From: Lama guanicoe
Taxonomy: Eukaryota
DNA length: 64,000 bases
NCBI GenBank assembly: GCA_013239625.1
Contig: MU053881.1
Location: 2,046,001-2,110,000, forward strand
Reading direction: 5' to 3'
The notes beneath the pieces are model-generated. The model saw nothing but the letters and a program-made list of their open reading frames with translations, was not told the DNA's origin and did no database searches. The position numbers and the translations under genes were made by a program. Positions 36,801 to 51,800 of this stretch are shown here, piece by piece. Within the stretch, counting starts at the first letter, position 1. Each line of letters starts with the position of its first letter.

Positions 36801-39800
36801 CAGCATTTTAAAAATCAGTATCATTTAGTCTACCAGAGCGCAGTGCACAGGGATGCTCAAGTATTGATACTTTCGTCATTAAATACTTCATGTGAAGCAG
36901 TGCAAAACAGGAGAAAGGAAATAGTGGCTCAATGTTTAAAATATAAAAACTGTCAGAACCTTTAAACTCTAAAAAGCCTAAAAGACTCCTGAGCAGCTGT
37001 ATATTTAAACTGTAGAGAAAGATATATTGTACATGGGGAATGTAACCAATATTTTATAGTAAGTATAAATGGAGTATAACCTTCAAAAACTATGAATTAT
37101 TATCTTGCATACCTATAACATACAATATTGTACATCAACTGTATTTCAATTTTTAAAATATGACATTGTAAAATAAATAAATAAATTTGGTTTAAGAAAT
37201 TTATCATCAAAACCTTGACATAAAGATTAAGCTCCTTTAATTTATGGAAAATATTCATCATATAACTTTACTTTCAAACCACTCAGCCTTATCAGATTTA
37301 CTTTCAATTCAAATAAACTTCTTAATATTGTCCTGATTACAACCACCTCACTTCTTAGAAGCTGAATTCTTAGAGACATAGGCCCCTGGCAGGCCCCAAC
37401 AGGGCTGTGCATTTTCCCAATGTCCAGTTCTTTGGTGTCCAAGAGGTGAGGGTTTTTGTCTTTCTTAGCCTTCATAAACTATAAAATTCAGATGGGTGAG
37501 AGGTGAATCTCTGGCTTATAAAGTGGATGAAGGGCAGCTGTGAAAGGGATAGTAAGAAAGGACACCTGGATTGCTGGTGCTTTTTAAGGCAGACAGATTT
37601 TTAGGGAGTTCATATATAAAAGTTACAGAAAATGTCTGGAAATTTATTTCTTTAAAACCATCCATGCCCAAACCTTGAAGACAGCATGCTAAGTAAAATG
37701 AGTCAGTCACAACAGAACATATATTGTATGATCCCACTTACATGAGGTTCCCAGAGTAGTCAAAATCACAGAGACAGAGACAGAAGGTAGAATGGTGGTT
37801 GCCAGGGGCTGGGGGAGAGGGGAATGAGGGAGTTACTGTTTAACAGGCACAGAGTTTCAGCTGGGGAAAATAAAAAATTCTGGAGATGGGTGGAGATGAT
37901 GGTTGCACAATAACGTGAATGGACTTAATGCCGCAGAACTGTACACTTAAAAATGGCTAAAATGAGCTTTACGCAGCGGCAGTATCGTAGCCAATGAGGT
38001 TTATCCGAGGCATGATTACTGCTAATTAAATAAAAAAAAAAGGCTAAAACGATAAATTTTATGTTAACGTGCATTTTACCGTACCGCCATGACCAAAAAG
38101 ATACCTGCCAAGTTATCAGCTGGAAAGTCTTTTATGTATCCTTAGGAGTCTGAGAACCTCATTTTGGATTATAGGACATACGGGATTTTCAGATAACAGA
38201 ATCTGAAGTTCCATTCCTAGCTCCAGAATCCTTAAATGATTCTTACCTGCTTTAATGTCACTTAGGGCAAAAAGGCCAACACGGGTGTCTCCATTCACAG
38301 ACCACTTCTGTGTCTCACAATTGGGCTGGCAGCAATGATTCATGAACCGTGCGTAGTTTCCTTTGGGACCAGCATCAATAATCCGGTCCTAGAATTCAAA
38401 GAGATGCTGTTCATCAGACCTCCACTATTACTGATTCTAATTAGAGTATTCTATCCGAACTTGTGGTTGCCAAGGGCAGGCGGGTGGGAAGGGGCAGACT
38501 GGGAGTTCAAAATTCATAGATACTGACAGGCACATGTAGAATAGATAAACAAGATTATACTGTGTAGCACAGGGAAATATATACAAGATCTTGTGGTAGC
38601 TCACAGTGAAAAAAAATGTGACAATGAATATATGTATGTTCATGTATAACTGGAAAATTGTGCTCTACACTGGAAATTGACACAACATTGTAAACTGACT
38701 ATAACTCAAAAAAAAAGTAAAAAAAAAAAAATAATCGGAGTATTCTAACAAGCTGGAGCTCCTATTTGTAAAGTCCGAGTCTCCCAGAGGGGTGGTTCAC
38801 AAAGTGTAGTCCCGTGACCAGCACTACTTCCACCACCCTGGAATCTGTCAGAAATGCAGGTTCTTGGTTGCACTTCAGATATACTAAAGCAGAGACTCAG
38901 GCCCGGCAGTCTGTGTTATTAACAAGCCCACTAGGTGACTCTGATATATGCTGAAGTTTGAAAACCACCGTCCTGGAAGTAGCATCTTGTCCCATCCTCT
39001 TAATTAGTAGGTCTTGAACCCTGGCTAAATATTAGAATTCATCTAAAAAGATTTTAATAATGATATCGAGACCCACGGCAAACGAAGATCAGAATATCTT
39101 GAGGTGAGGATCTCACAAACCATAAAGGTACAACTTGATAAATACAAAGTTTTACACCAGGAAAAGTCTATTATGAAAGCCAGCAAGAGGGAAGGGTGGA
39201 GAACGGGCGCCCTAGTAAAACAAAGAAGAATCTCAGATAGTGTACACAGGAAGTAAACACGTTAGGATGCTAGAATTAGAAATAAACCCCAAATATAATT
39301 GTAGACACCAAGGAAACGCAACTATCAGAAATTCCAGTAACTGGAAAGCTCACTTGGGTTCATAAGCTGAGCTCTATAGTCAATTTATACGACCTTCCCA
39401 ATGCGCTAATATTAACAAATCAGTTTCTCAATCTGTAAAACAAAATTAAAAGAACTATTATTTACTTCTTTGACTTCAAGTTTTAACCCTATGGGAGAAA
39501 CGCTGAAAGATACAATCTGCAACTTACACTGGACAGTTGAAAAATAGTGCTAAAAGCAGCCTCACTGCTTTTTGCCATGGATGTGTAACTAGAAATGAGC
39601 AACCTTACCTAACTCCAGGACCCTGGTCAAGCAATGCCAATGAGCATGTGGAAAGGCACTGTTTTGGGCATGTCTATAAACATCGCAGCTGGGACAGGAC
39701 TAATTCACAATCGTGCAACAGGGGAAGTAACACTTTCCATTACTTACTTTGTCTAGAGTGAGCATGTAGAAATTAGTGATATCGTGTTCCTGGGCGTAAC

Positions 39801-42800
39801 GGATTCGAGCTCTGCACTCTTCTTCATCTATTAGTTCACCCACATACTCATTCACAAATTCACCCTGGAACGAGAGACGGCTCTTGACTTACATGGCAGA
39901 AAGAGCAACTGTGTTTACAGGCATACCTGTTTTTTTTTAAAAAATAATGAAAACAGCAGATTCTCCAAATCAAATAATTAATGTCTTTAACTAGTCACTT
40001 TAACAAAAGTACATTCAACACACAACACAAATACGATGCGTCAACCATCTGACAATGAGAACCACCTCCCCACTCCTACCTCAGCCACAGCAGAAAACCT
40101 GGGATACACCCGACACTTAAGAGCAACCAAAATGGAAGCGAGTAAATCAAGGCTTCACCGTAAGGGTGACATGAATAGTTGATCCCTCTGCCTTCCTAAG
40201 AATCTAGAAGTCAGTCTCCCTAGACTGCGTTCTTTTACCTTGGAGCACGCCCTGCCTACTGCCCTTACGAATTCTGCACCACTGTCCTCCTGACCCACTA
40301 TACCGCAGCAGCACTGGCGTTCACTTGTGCTCTCCCCTCTACCCACAGTGCTTGAGCACTCAACCTGCCTGAGCCAACAACTACTTATCTTTCAAGTCTC
40401 AATTTAAAATATTCTCAGAGACAAGCTAGTTTCAGGCTCTTTGCCACATGCCTCCAGAACCCTCTGTGCTTCCACACTGGGTGATTTACTTGTTCAAGGT
40501 GTCTCCCCATCTAGCATGTAAACATTATGAAAGCAGGGACCACGCGCTCTCACTGAACACCGCATCTGCAGCAACATGCCTGGCACGTAGTAGATACACA
40601 ACAGTTACTTAGCAGATGACTAAACAGACCAACCCATATTCACTTCCTTACCTAGAAACAAACTTCAGTAAAACGCTTCAGAAAGTATAACCAGAGTAAG
40701 GCTTATTCTACTAAAATGTCAAATAGGATTTATTTTCCTCAAAGACTGCACAATATTATCTATTTATCAGAAAACTGCAGGCCCTTCCAAATTTCAAATC
40801 GAAAATGCTACTGCATTTTCTTTAGAGAAGGCCTAATCCTCTTTTCCTTCATGTTCCATGAACCCAAACCTACTTCTCATAAATGTTATTTTATTACAGT
40901 AGGTGGTTAACATCTCTGTATTATGTTCTCACTATCTTCCTTAACTACAGGTTCCAGGATTTTCGAAAGGAGCAAATAAGGCCATAGCAGCTCTATGAAT
41001 TTCCATGTTTCCCACCCTCATACACAAGGAGCACGATCACCAGTAGGACTTCAGAGATCTCAAGCCTCTAAACTCTGGAAGGACACAATAATGAGCTTAA
41101 TATTTATACTATGTTATTTTCCTCTATGATTTTCTCATGTTCATCAAGAAGAATTACTTATATTAAGCAACTGCAAAGAAGAAAAAAAAACCCCTGAAAA
41201 TTAAGAAAAGTTTTCTTTACCTTTTTAATATCTGTTTTTGTCCGGAGACCCCAGCCCCTCTGTAACGTGCGAAAAATTTCAACCTCTGGATATTGGCGCT
41301 TGGTAAAGCACTGGTTTTGGCAGCGCCCTCCAGCGGGACACACGGTGGGGTGGCACTCATAGAGCAGCATGCGGTTGATGCACTCAGAGTCGATCCCACA
41401 CGGGTTCTCATCAGTAGCTTTGCAGTTGCAACGGGGAATTTCAGACAAGTCTGCAGTGAAGATCTGTACCCTGCCAATGGGACGGTTCACCTGGAGGAAA
41501 AGAAAAATACCACAGCTGTACTATAGGTAAGTCAACACAAAGCAATTTAGGACTTATAAAAAGATTTCTTTTCTTTAAAGTTGCATGCCACATTTTACAT
41601 GATTCTGAACTATCAAGATTTAGCAGGATTATTCACAATAGCTAAAATGTGGAAACAATCAAGTGTCCACCGATAGATGAATGAATAACCAAAATGTGAT
41701 AAAATGACGGAATATTATTCAGCCTAAAAAAGGAAATTTGTACACATGATACACAGCACAGATGAACCTGGAGGACATTATGCTAAATGAAATTAAGCCA
41801 ATCAAAATACACAAATAATGATTCCACTTACATGATCCCACTTACATACACAGAGACAGAAAGTAGAATGGTGGTTGCCAGGGGCTCAGAGGAGGCGGAA
41901 ATGGGAAGTTATTGTTTAATGGGTATAGATTTCAGTTTTACAAAATGTAAAGAGTTCTAGAGATGGATGGTAGCAATGGCTGCAAATATTATGAATGTAT
42001 TTAATACCTCTTAAATATGGTTAAGATAGGAAATTTTGTCATCTGTATTTTACCACTGTCTAGAAATTGGAGGAAATAAAGACTTAGACAATCTAACATA
42101 AAAATAAAGCCTCACTTGATACACAAAACATAATACCACAAATTTTTAAAAAATCATTTCCAAAAAAACCAAAATTTCAAAGTTGATAGGCCAAGTAAAT
42201 TGTAATCTGGCTTTCTGCTATTGCCACAAGGTGGAGCCACTTTAGCTGCTACATTAAAAAATATATACATGTTACTTTTTTAGTAGTTTATTTTTTATGG
42301 AGGTACCGGGGATCAAACCCAGGACCTCATGCAAGCTAAGTGTGTGTTCCATCACTGAGCTATACCCTCACCCCACCCCCACCCCCACATCACCATTCTT
42401 CCCCCCTCTTCACCATTCTTAAGTAGTAAATGTTTGGCATAAAAAGGTCTCTGAGTCAGAGGGGACCTATATGTGAAGATGCATTTTAATACTATCTTAA
42501 CGTGAAATCTTTTTAACCGACCACAGCCATGTCACCCAGGCATTTATCTGTGGTGGTGCTAGTTCTGAAAACTTCGTGAAAGTCCGGTATGATAAAACAT
42601 AAAGGCCAAATAGCTGCTGGGATACTGAAGTCATTAGAATTTTTCAACTACTAGCAACAATGTGAAGGGAGAGGGAAAAAAAAAGATGCTCCACAACAAG
42701 TTGGATCTGTGCACTAGGAGAACAAGTCTCCCCTGCTTGACATTATTTCAGTGGGAACAGTCAAAGCACCAGTTTTCAAAAACTCACCCCATACATAAAA

Positions 42801-45800
42801 TTTGACTCTTCAGGAACTGCATGATCTTGGTAAGTTACTTTACTTGCAAGGCATAGCTTGCAAGACTGTTGTGAGAATAATCTACAATCTATTTGTAGAA
42901 TACTGTCTTCAATCGTTCTCTGTAACAACTTAAAAGGACATGACTCTCATTGCCAGATCTCTTACCAGCTTCTTCAAAATACTGGTAAATACGATAAACT
43001 TCTTGTTAATGAAGGAATAGTCTCACCACATGCAACTGGAAGTCACAAACCTACCTAGCAAAACAAGTTCTAGGGGCTGAGCTCAATCATCCGAGACTTG
43101 AGGTCCTACGTAAGGCATGTGAACACTAACCTCTGATCGCAGGTGAGTGTCTTTACCTGATGCCACCACACCGCCAAGGTTTCATCTAACTCCTTTTCTC
43201 TATATACAGGTATGTTTCAATCATTCCTTCTTGACATCTGATCTAACCTGTTATTAATCCCAAATAAGTTTCCTGCCTAATATAACAAAAAGAGAGAGGG
43301 AAAAAAGCAAAAGCAAAAACAAAAACCAAACACAAAACAACCAACCACACATACTTAAGTAAGAACAACACAGGTATGTAACTGTAGAGTTACTCTCACT
43401 CTAGATCAAGGATTGACAAACTTCTTCTGTAAAGGACCAGACAGTAAATATTTTAGGTTTTGCTGCAGGCCGTATCTCTGGTGCATGTTGCTCAACTCTA
43501 CCACTGTAGCTCGAAAACAGCAACAGATAACATATAAAGGAACAAGCATGGCTGTGTGCCAATAAAACTTTATTTATGGACACTAGTATTTGAATTTCAT
43601 ATAATCTTCGCATGTCAGGAAATATTCTTAAAAAAATTTTTTCCAACCATACATAGTAGGCCAGATTTGGCCCATGGACAATAGTTTGCCAACCCCTGTT
43701 CTAAATCTTTTCCCTGGAAATATGTTTTTGATTTTTAAAGGTGGAGGAAAGAAGTTGGCCTCTAAATTCTGTGATTACATCACTCACAGGAAGTTGGTCT
43801 CTCAATACCCAGATTCAGTATGGTTGATGGGCGGCTCTGAAATGCCTACGTGCTGTTACGTGGCATCTATGACTGTGGGAACAGACGCTTTTCCTTTTTG
43901 TGAGGACGAAGTACACTTCAGTGTTATGTCCCCAGGTACAATAACTCCACTTAACTCTCAGTCTATCACCAGTCCATTTAGAACTAATTTTAGGCTTTAT
44001 TTTTTTTCTCCCCAACAGCTTTAACTTTTTGTAAAGATTGATATTTTATGACAGTTATGCTTAGAGATCTTCCAAAGATTAAAAAAACTTTTTTTACCTA
44101 TTAAAAAACTCATTCTATCTTGCAACTACCAGGCAGGTCCATTAGGTCCTTTTACAAATTTAAGCTTTATTACAAAATTTTAATGATCTTACTTTTCCTA
44201 TAATTCTTTACTAGTTTATCAACCTCTTTATTACTTAGTGATGCCCAACTATGCTAAAAAAGACTAAAATAGTAAGCGGAAGAATGATGGAATCACAAAG
44301 GCATGATGCAACAGTGAAACAGTCACACTCTAGTATGGTCTTCTCATCCAGGAATGATGGCATTACAAATATTTTGCAACAAGAACCTTGGCAATCTCAT
44401 TTTGTTAAGAATTTGTAGTATTCCTTCATGTGATCTGATGTTTGAGAACCAAAACTAACTTGATTAAAAGGTTTTTAAAAAGCAGTTTCAGTAAATACTT
44501 ACTAAAATGTTTAATAAATTTGTTTCTCACTATTCCTTTATTTTTACTTCTATAAATTATCTGTAAAAGTAACCTTACAATATATATAAAACACCAAAGG
44601 GTCTGTCGGACACAGATGATAAATGGTGATGCCTCTTTTATCAGGTGCACTAGAGTGAGGTACACCTAACATGAATTCCTGTGACCTTGGGAATCTTGGT
44701 CACAATAGTTGATTAAAGTATCTTTACTATCAGCCATTACAAGACTTACCATGTGTATTATTCATACTATCTCCAGGTCATTTATCATTTTTTTTTATCA
44801 TGGCTCTTTGGTCCCTTTCAAACCGCAAGATGCTCACTGTGATCAGAATCTATTCCAATCCACTTGCATGAAAAGACTTTACACAAAGCAACAGAAACAA
44901 GACTGTATCAACACACAACTGATTTTTAACAACTGATTTTATAAAGTGCATACAATGCACTAGAAATGGTGCTCTTGCACTTTTTTCTTATCTTCTTTCA
45001 AATTCATTCCTCTACTTTTAAAAGCAACTGTGGTTGTGCTTCCAACTCTTGTCATGAACAGAGTGGGGACAGGGAAGCTACAGAGGGTCTCTCCTGGAGA
45101 CGAGGCCCCGTAAGGTTTTGTCTCACCTTTATGTGTTTATACGGTGGTGGCTTCTTGTCATTCTTTCGATCTTCCTGCAGCTGTCTCAGCTCTTTTTGGG
45201 CCTTTAACTCCTCAAATCTTGCTGCAGCTTCCTGAAGAGCTAAGAAAAGACACAGCACAGTCACTTAATCGCCACGTAAAACTGTTTATTTTGCTTTTTT
45301 CCCCTTATAAGTTGAAGAAAATTCCTATTTTAGACAAAAGTCTAAGGCGTATATATGATTTCTGTTTTCAAGGAAGTTATAGTCTCCAAGGTATTCAGAT
45401 ATACCACTAAAACAAAACATAATCCACCACTAAATAGCACACAATACAGACTACCAGCTTCAGAGCAAAGTTTAAAACAAAGCAAAAGTTTACAAATAGC
45501 TGAATAATTTGAAAACCCATACACACCACCTCCTAACGACAGCCTGACTGCGCTTGCTCGGCAGTCACTGCCTTAAGCCTAGCTCCTTCCTTGGTCCTGA
45601 ATGTTCTGCTTCCACAAGCAGCGTACCTCTTCCACGCCCAGGTAGCATGCTGCATTCATCTGCAGGAAATTCAAAGTTTTCCTTCCCTTCTTGCCCACTC
45701 TCTGGAGACCTACTCACTCTTCTAAGGATGATTCTGTAAATATCAACCATTAGCCCAGCGACATACAGACAGACCTTAATGGCTACTCTGCACTCCAGCT

Positions 45801-48800
45801 CTGCACTTTCTTATGCTTCAGAGACTGTAGTATCTGAAGAGTTCAACACAATCTTATGATTCTCTTTCTTTCCTTCTTAAAACAACATTTTAATTATTTT
45901 TGACTCAGGTTAAAAACTCTGAAAAGAATTCCAAATTTTCCCACCTTCTGCTCTGTGGCTTTCCCCATGCTCTGTCAGTTTGGAGAAAATCTCCCCTCTG
46001 ATCTATCCCCTTCTCTCCATTTTCCTGTCACCATCTAGCAGAGTTTGTGTTGCCTGGTGTTGTTCTAAATGTCTTCCTTCCTTCCTTCCGTTATTCAGCA
46101 TTTCCTCCCTAGTTTATGCACCTACTGTCTGTCTAGTATCCATCATCCTCTCTACCCCATGGACACGTCTCTGTGATGGTCCCAGCATCTCTGCCTGAAC
46201 TACTAAAACTGCCACCTTGTTGACATTCCTGGCTTCTCTCATGTTCCAGTCAGACTGAGAATTCGAGAACTCTGCTCGACAATGTAACTTGCCTACCTTC
46301 TCAGTAAAGCAGTCCAGTGCTTCCCAAACCCCATGCTTAAACTATACCAAATACTTGGAGGTAGGTAACTCATCATGTTAGATTCACCGTGTGCTTTGAT
46401 ATGTGCTGTCTTCTTGTTACAATATTTTAAGTTAACTTTTGTTAGGGATGGGTAATTAAGTTGGTTGGTTGGTTGGTTGGTTGATTGGTTGATTGGTTTG
46501 TTCGTTCATTCATTCATTCATTTATTCACTCATTCTTAGAGGAGGTACTGGGTCCTGAACCCAGGACCTCATGCATACTAACTAAGCATGCGCTCTATCA
46601 CTTAAGCTACACCCTCCCCCCACCATTAACTTGTTAATTTCTTCACAGTCAGTGCAGGGGTCAACAGTTTGGATTCTGGAGTTCACCTACTAGAGTTTGA
46701 AACCTTCCTCTATCACTTACTGGCACTAGGATTTTGAGCAACTAATTCCTTCCTCCCACCCCCGGCTCCAACCAGGGGAAAGTGTGAATGCAGTCCCCCA
46801 CTACCATAAATCATGCAGTCGAGTTTCCCACATCTGGGGAAACTGCAGGGCTCAGCACAACCAGAGAGCAGTGGCTAAGCCTTGCCCTGGGAAAACCACC
46901 TTCGTGATCATATCTCCCCTGCCAGGTTAAGTATTTGGGCAACTAATTTAACTTTTATGTGCTTCAGTTTTCCTCATCTGTAAGATAAAAATAATGGCAT
47001 CTAACGTATACGGTTGCCACGTGGACTTAAGGCAGAAAACAAACTTTGAACAGGGCCTGACCAACAACAAACGGTAACTATTATTATGGCTCTTCTTCAA
47101 AGCATCCAAACTTTGATCCTCACTGCTGCTTTGTCTCCTTGTGGTCTGCCCCCCCTCAGCGTACCATGCACACTTCCGCCACAGAACTCAAAGAATGGCA
47201 TTTTGACTACTAGTATCTGTGTCCCTTTCCCCTACAAAAGCATGTGTTCCTTGAAGGCAGAGGCATCCAGCCAGCCCAGGGTCGAGGCACAGAAGAGCAG
47301 ATTCCTGGAGCTGCAGCAAGCTCAGACTTGAGATACTCCCTGCACTCCACCTGCCACCTCAGCCTGGGTGGCGCCAGCTCTGTGCCAGCAAAGGTACTGG
47401 TCACTTGGTCCCTGACCGTCTGAGACTGTAAGACTTAAGGCTCAAACTCCAGTAGGATTAATACTGGTAGCACATACCTGCACAGGGAAGTTGACTCACG
47501 TAATTCATTATTTTTGACCCTTACCAATGATTAATTAGTATCTTCCTTTAACTTTCATCGATACATAGGATATAAACTATATGCCCCGCAGATTATTTTT
47601 GTGTTATCTCACTGAATTCTCAAAGCAACCTTCACTCATTACACAGTGAGAGAAAGCTGAGGCTCATAGCTGACTTAACCCCTCCTGGCCACAAATGGCC
47701 CCACTCTTTCACTGATAGGCCAACTTTAAAAAAACTTCATTGATTTAGAACATTTATGCTCTGACTTTCACTATCTGTTATGCTCTATAATTTCAGATGA
47801 ACTTCATTTCCTTCCAACAAACTAAAAAATTTTCCTGGAACAAACATAGTTCTGCTAGAGACTCTGGCCCTTGCCTAGCAAACCACAGTGTTTATTCTAC
47901 AGAACACTTCCAAAGTTCCAGTACTTACTTGATGAGATGCCAAGAAAATAAAACTGGTAAGACAAAAAAACCTCCCACAAAGAAATTCTAGTTAAAAGTT
48001 AGGGTCAAAAGTAATGAATTATGAGTCAACTTCCCTGAAAAATCCTATAGCTGCAACCACATATTGCCCTTAGAGGGTAAAAGACAGCTGCTGATGAGAG
48101 TATATGAATTCTAAAGCATGTAATTCTAAGAGAGCAGATAATCAGGCAATAGAGGTCTGTGTTGGCCCGAGAAACAAACAAAATAAAGTTACCTTTTTTA
48201 TATGTCCCGTCCACTCCTTTGCCCATCTTGTCCTTGCTGCTCACATCCCCCTCCATGTAGGGAAAGACTCGGGCTTGGTGAGTCCACAAATAGTCATTCG
48301 ACCCAAAGAAGAGCACAGGGAACTCGCCCACATCATGTCTCATTTTGTCGATATTGGAAGGTACAGCTCGAGGATGGCAGATCTCAGCTGGCCACCACCT
48401 GGGAAAGGTGAAAACAAGGAAAGAAACCTCTAGAAGGCTGCAAGGCACCAAGAAAAATCCTACTTTTAGGACAGGAATAAGGAATAGCAACGTCTGTGCA
48501 CACTGAAGTTCAACCTAGGGAATTCTTACAATCTAACTAGAGAAGAAACAAGTGGCATGGGCCAAACCCTGAAGACGCCCACCCTCACACACACGCCCAC
48601 TTCCTTAGACTCAGCTATTTTACTTCAAGGACTCTATAAGAGGAAATAATCAGAGATCTGAACAAAGCATTATGACTATAATGCTCACTGAAGTATTATC
48701 TAAGAATGTAAACCTGGAAACAATTGAAATGCATGTTAAGGGAATGACAGAAGTGGGTTTGGGACACCACAGAATGAAATACAATCTGGCCTGCAAAAAG

Positions 48801-51800
48801 GAAATTTCCAATAATTGTTAGGGGTGCAGAAAATGACATCAAGAGATGCCTCCGCACCCCTACCTCCGCCCACCAAAAGGCAGTCACGTAAATGAGTACA
48901 ACCACTTTTGAAACGACAATTTGGCTTTAGCTACCAAAGCTGGAAACCCATCCCCGGATACTCTACCCCACGGACGCCCTAGAGAAGCTCCTGTGCATGT
49001 ACACACACCAAGAGACACCGACAAAATGTGCATCTTCCAAACATGAGAGCGGATCAACAGCCACACTGCACTGTAAGGCCGCCCACAGGAGCACCGCAGA
49101 CAGTGACGGCCGAATGAACCAGAGCCCTGCGCTAACTGTGACAGCTCTCGGGAGCGTGAGAGGGACAGTAAGAAGCAAGCTGCAGGAAAATAAAGCAACA
49201 ATTCCTTTACACAAAGGTCTAAAGCACAGAACAAACATTCATGTGGTAAACCTACAGTCAGGCCAAGAAATAAAAAACACAAAATGCAGTAAGTGTTACT
49301 TCCAGAGGTGGGGCGAGAATGAATTTGGACAGGAGCATACAGGGAGCCTCAAAAGTGCCGGTAAAGTGCCGTTTTTTTAACTGGAAGGTACATACACAGG
49401 TGTTCCATTTGTTATTCTTTAAAATCATATATGTCATAATTTTTGTACATTCCATATCCAATAATAATAATTTTAAAAGGAAAAAGACACAAAACTGGGT
49501 ATAAACAACTATAAGGCCAATTATTTTAAAGGTGCATGCACGGGTGTGTCTGCCAAGTACATACGCCAAAATATGCAATGTATCTTCCTTGAGTGTGAGA
49601 TTATGGGTTTGTTTTCATTATTAAATTTTCTACAGAGAATATATCTTATTCATAACTGTGAAGTTTTTTTTCTTTTATAATGGAAACTTAATGGGAGAGG
49701 AGGTGACGCTTGTTTAGTTAGATTGAAAAGAAAAGAAAAGAAAAGAGAAGAGAAGAGAAGAGAAGAGAAGAGAAGGCAGGAGAGGAGAAGAGAAAACAAA
49801 AGAGAAAGAAACGGAGTCTGGTAAAAGGAATGAGTGCCAGTCTCCTTCACGTTTACTCACCTGTATCGTCCGACTTTTACCCAGACAATTTCCCTGTAAT
49901 GTGGCTTTTTGCCTGCCTTACAGTCATTGCAGTACCAGTTTCCTTCAGGGATGTCAATGTTCAGGCACTCACGATGAAAAGCAGCAGGGCAAGAATCACA
50001 GCACAGAAGGCTGCCTCCTGTGGGAATCAAGAAACCCGGTTCTCAGGATCGTACGGACCCAGCTGAAACAGCTTTTGCTCAGCTCCTAACCAACTGTTTA
50101 TCTCCCAGACAAAGGCTTAATAATAATTTCGTTATTCAGAAAGACATTTCTTCAAGAGTATTCCCTCACCTATGTGATTCACACCCCTGGAGGCATGTTA
50201 GATTCACAGCAAGTCATGAGATTTTATTAGCAAAATTAGGTTAGGGCAATGAGGTCAGAAGGAAACCTCTAAAAGTCATGTATCTACGTACACACACACT
50301 CTCTCTTCTTCCTCTTCACTATAAAAACGAGAGTGTCAGTGACATACAGTGAGCACAGTGTAAAGAGCACAAGCTCTAACTGGTATCAGACGTGAGCTCT
50401 AAAACCATACGACTTTATGGAATTCGCTTTCCTTGCTGAGCTTTCATTTCTTCAATGGTAAGGTGTCTTCTACAATGAACAGTAAATAATCACATCTGTT
50501 TGAGAACCAAATAGGCAAATAAGTTGTCTGACATGTAAGCAGCCTCCATAAGGTCAGTTCCTTCCCTTTTCAAATTACGCTCTAATCTTTGTTTTGCATT
50601 CTCACAACACCTATGGGCCCTTGTTGGAATAATACTGGTAAATACATAAACTTAATAAAGGAACATAGACTATGTTAAAATACAACGATCAAAATGTTAG
50701 AGCAAGAGATTGGAGTTATGTATGTTTCTTTGTAATGCACAAATAAGATTCAGAAGATACTCCAAGATACCTAACAACTGCAGTATCTGTGATTTTCATT
50801 GGTGACAAAAATCACAGGTACTAATAATGTGGTTTATAGCCTAAACTTCAGTTAGATATACCCTACCCTCCATCCAAGTTTTCAGATACCAAGTTAATTT
50901 TGTATTTTGGAGTGATGATGAATTTTCACGTCTTAAAAGATATTTACTCAAAGTGACAACTTACATATCCGAATCTGAAACCATGATTGAAGATGATAAA
51001 AAACTTCAGGTAAAGAGGAGTCACATTTAATGAACATAATAAATGCCTTATTTATCTTATGCTGGAAATGACCATGCTTCCAACATGTTCGATTGTAGCA
51101 CGTTAACTCCAAGTTTCCCCCTGAAGAGTTGGTGAAGGATAGATTTGAGCAAGGTATATGCCCACGCCCACCTTGGTCTCACTGTGCTTCCTTTTTCTCA
51201 TAAAATCGTATGAAAAACTTAATTTTGTGACAGCATCCTTATACAATTTCTACCTGTGCCTTTTCTTTTTCTCAATAAGAGTAGGCTCTTAAAACAAGCC
51301 TTGGGGTGCTTTCTTGTTGGGGCCAGGGACGTGCACTGGAGACCCAACTCCCACTTCAACGCGAGCAGCTCTTATTCTACCTGTGTTGTATACTGGAGCT
51401 CAGACCCAGAGTGCGACTGCACTTGGAAAGAAAGTCTGTTACTACAGAACAAGTTTTAAGAACTTGTTTACTCAATACATATAACCTGTACTCTACACTC
51501 GGAAAGTCCTATTTGGCTATTCTTACGCATTGTGGATGAGTCAAACAATCTGAGCGTGGGACATTAAGAGTGACGTAGGGGGAGGGTTACAGCTCAGTGG
51601 CAGAGTGTGAGTTTAGCATGTGCAAGGTCCTAGGTTCAATCCCCAGTACCTCCATTAAAACAAACAAAACCTAATACCCACCCTCAAAGAAATACACTTA
51701 AAAAAAAAGTTTAATTAAAAAAAGAAGAATGACGTAGAGTCACGTAAGTTTAACTGCCCCAATAATGGAATCCCTTCTACAACGTTCCTCTCTATGCTTA

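Noticed and set aside
42223..42237. Second CTCF-like motif GCCACAAGGTGGAGC
   Set aside because: Two mismatches to the core; not supportable without ChIP data
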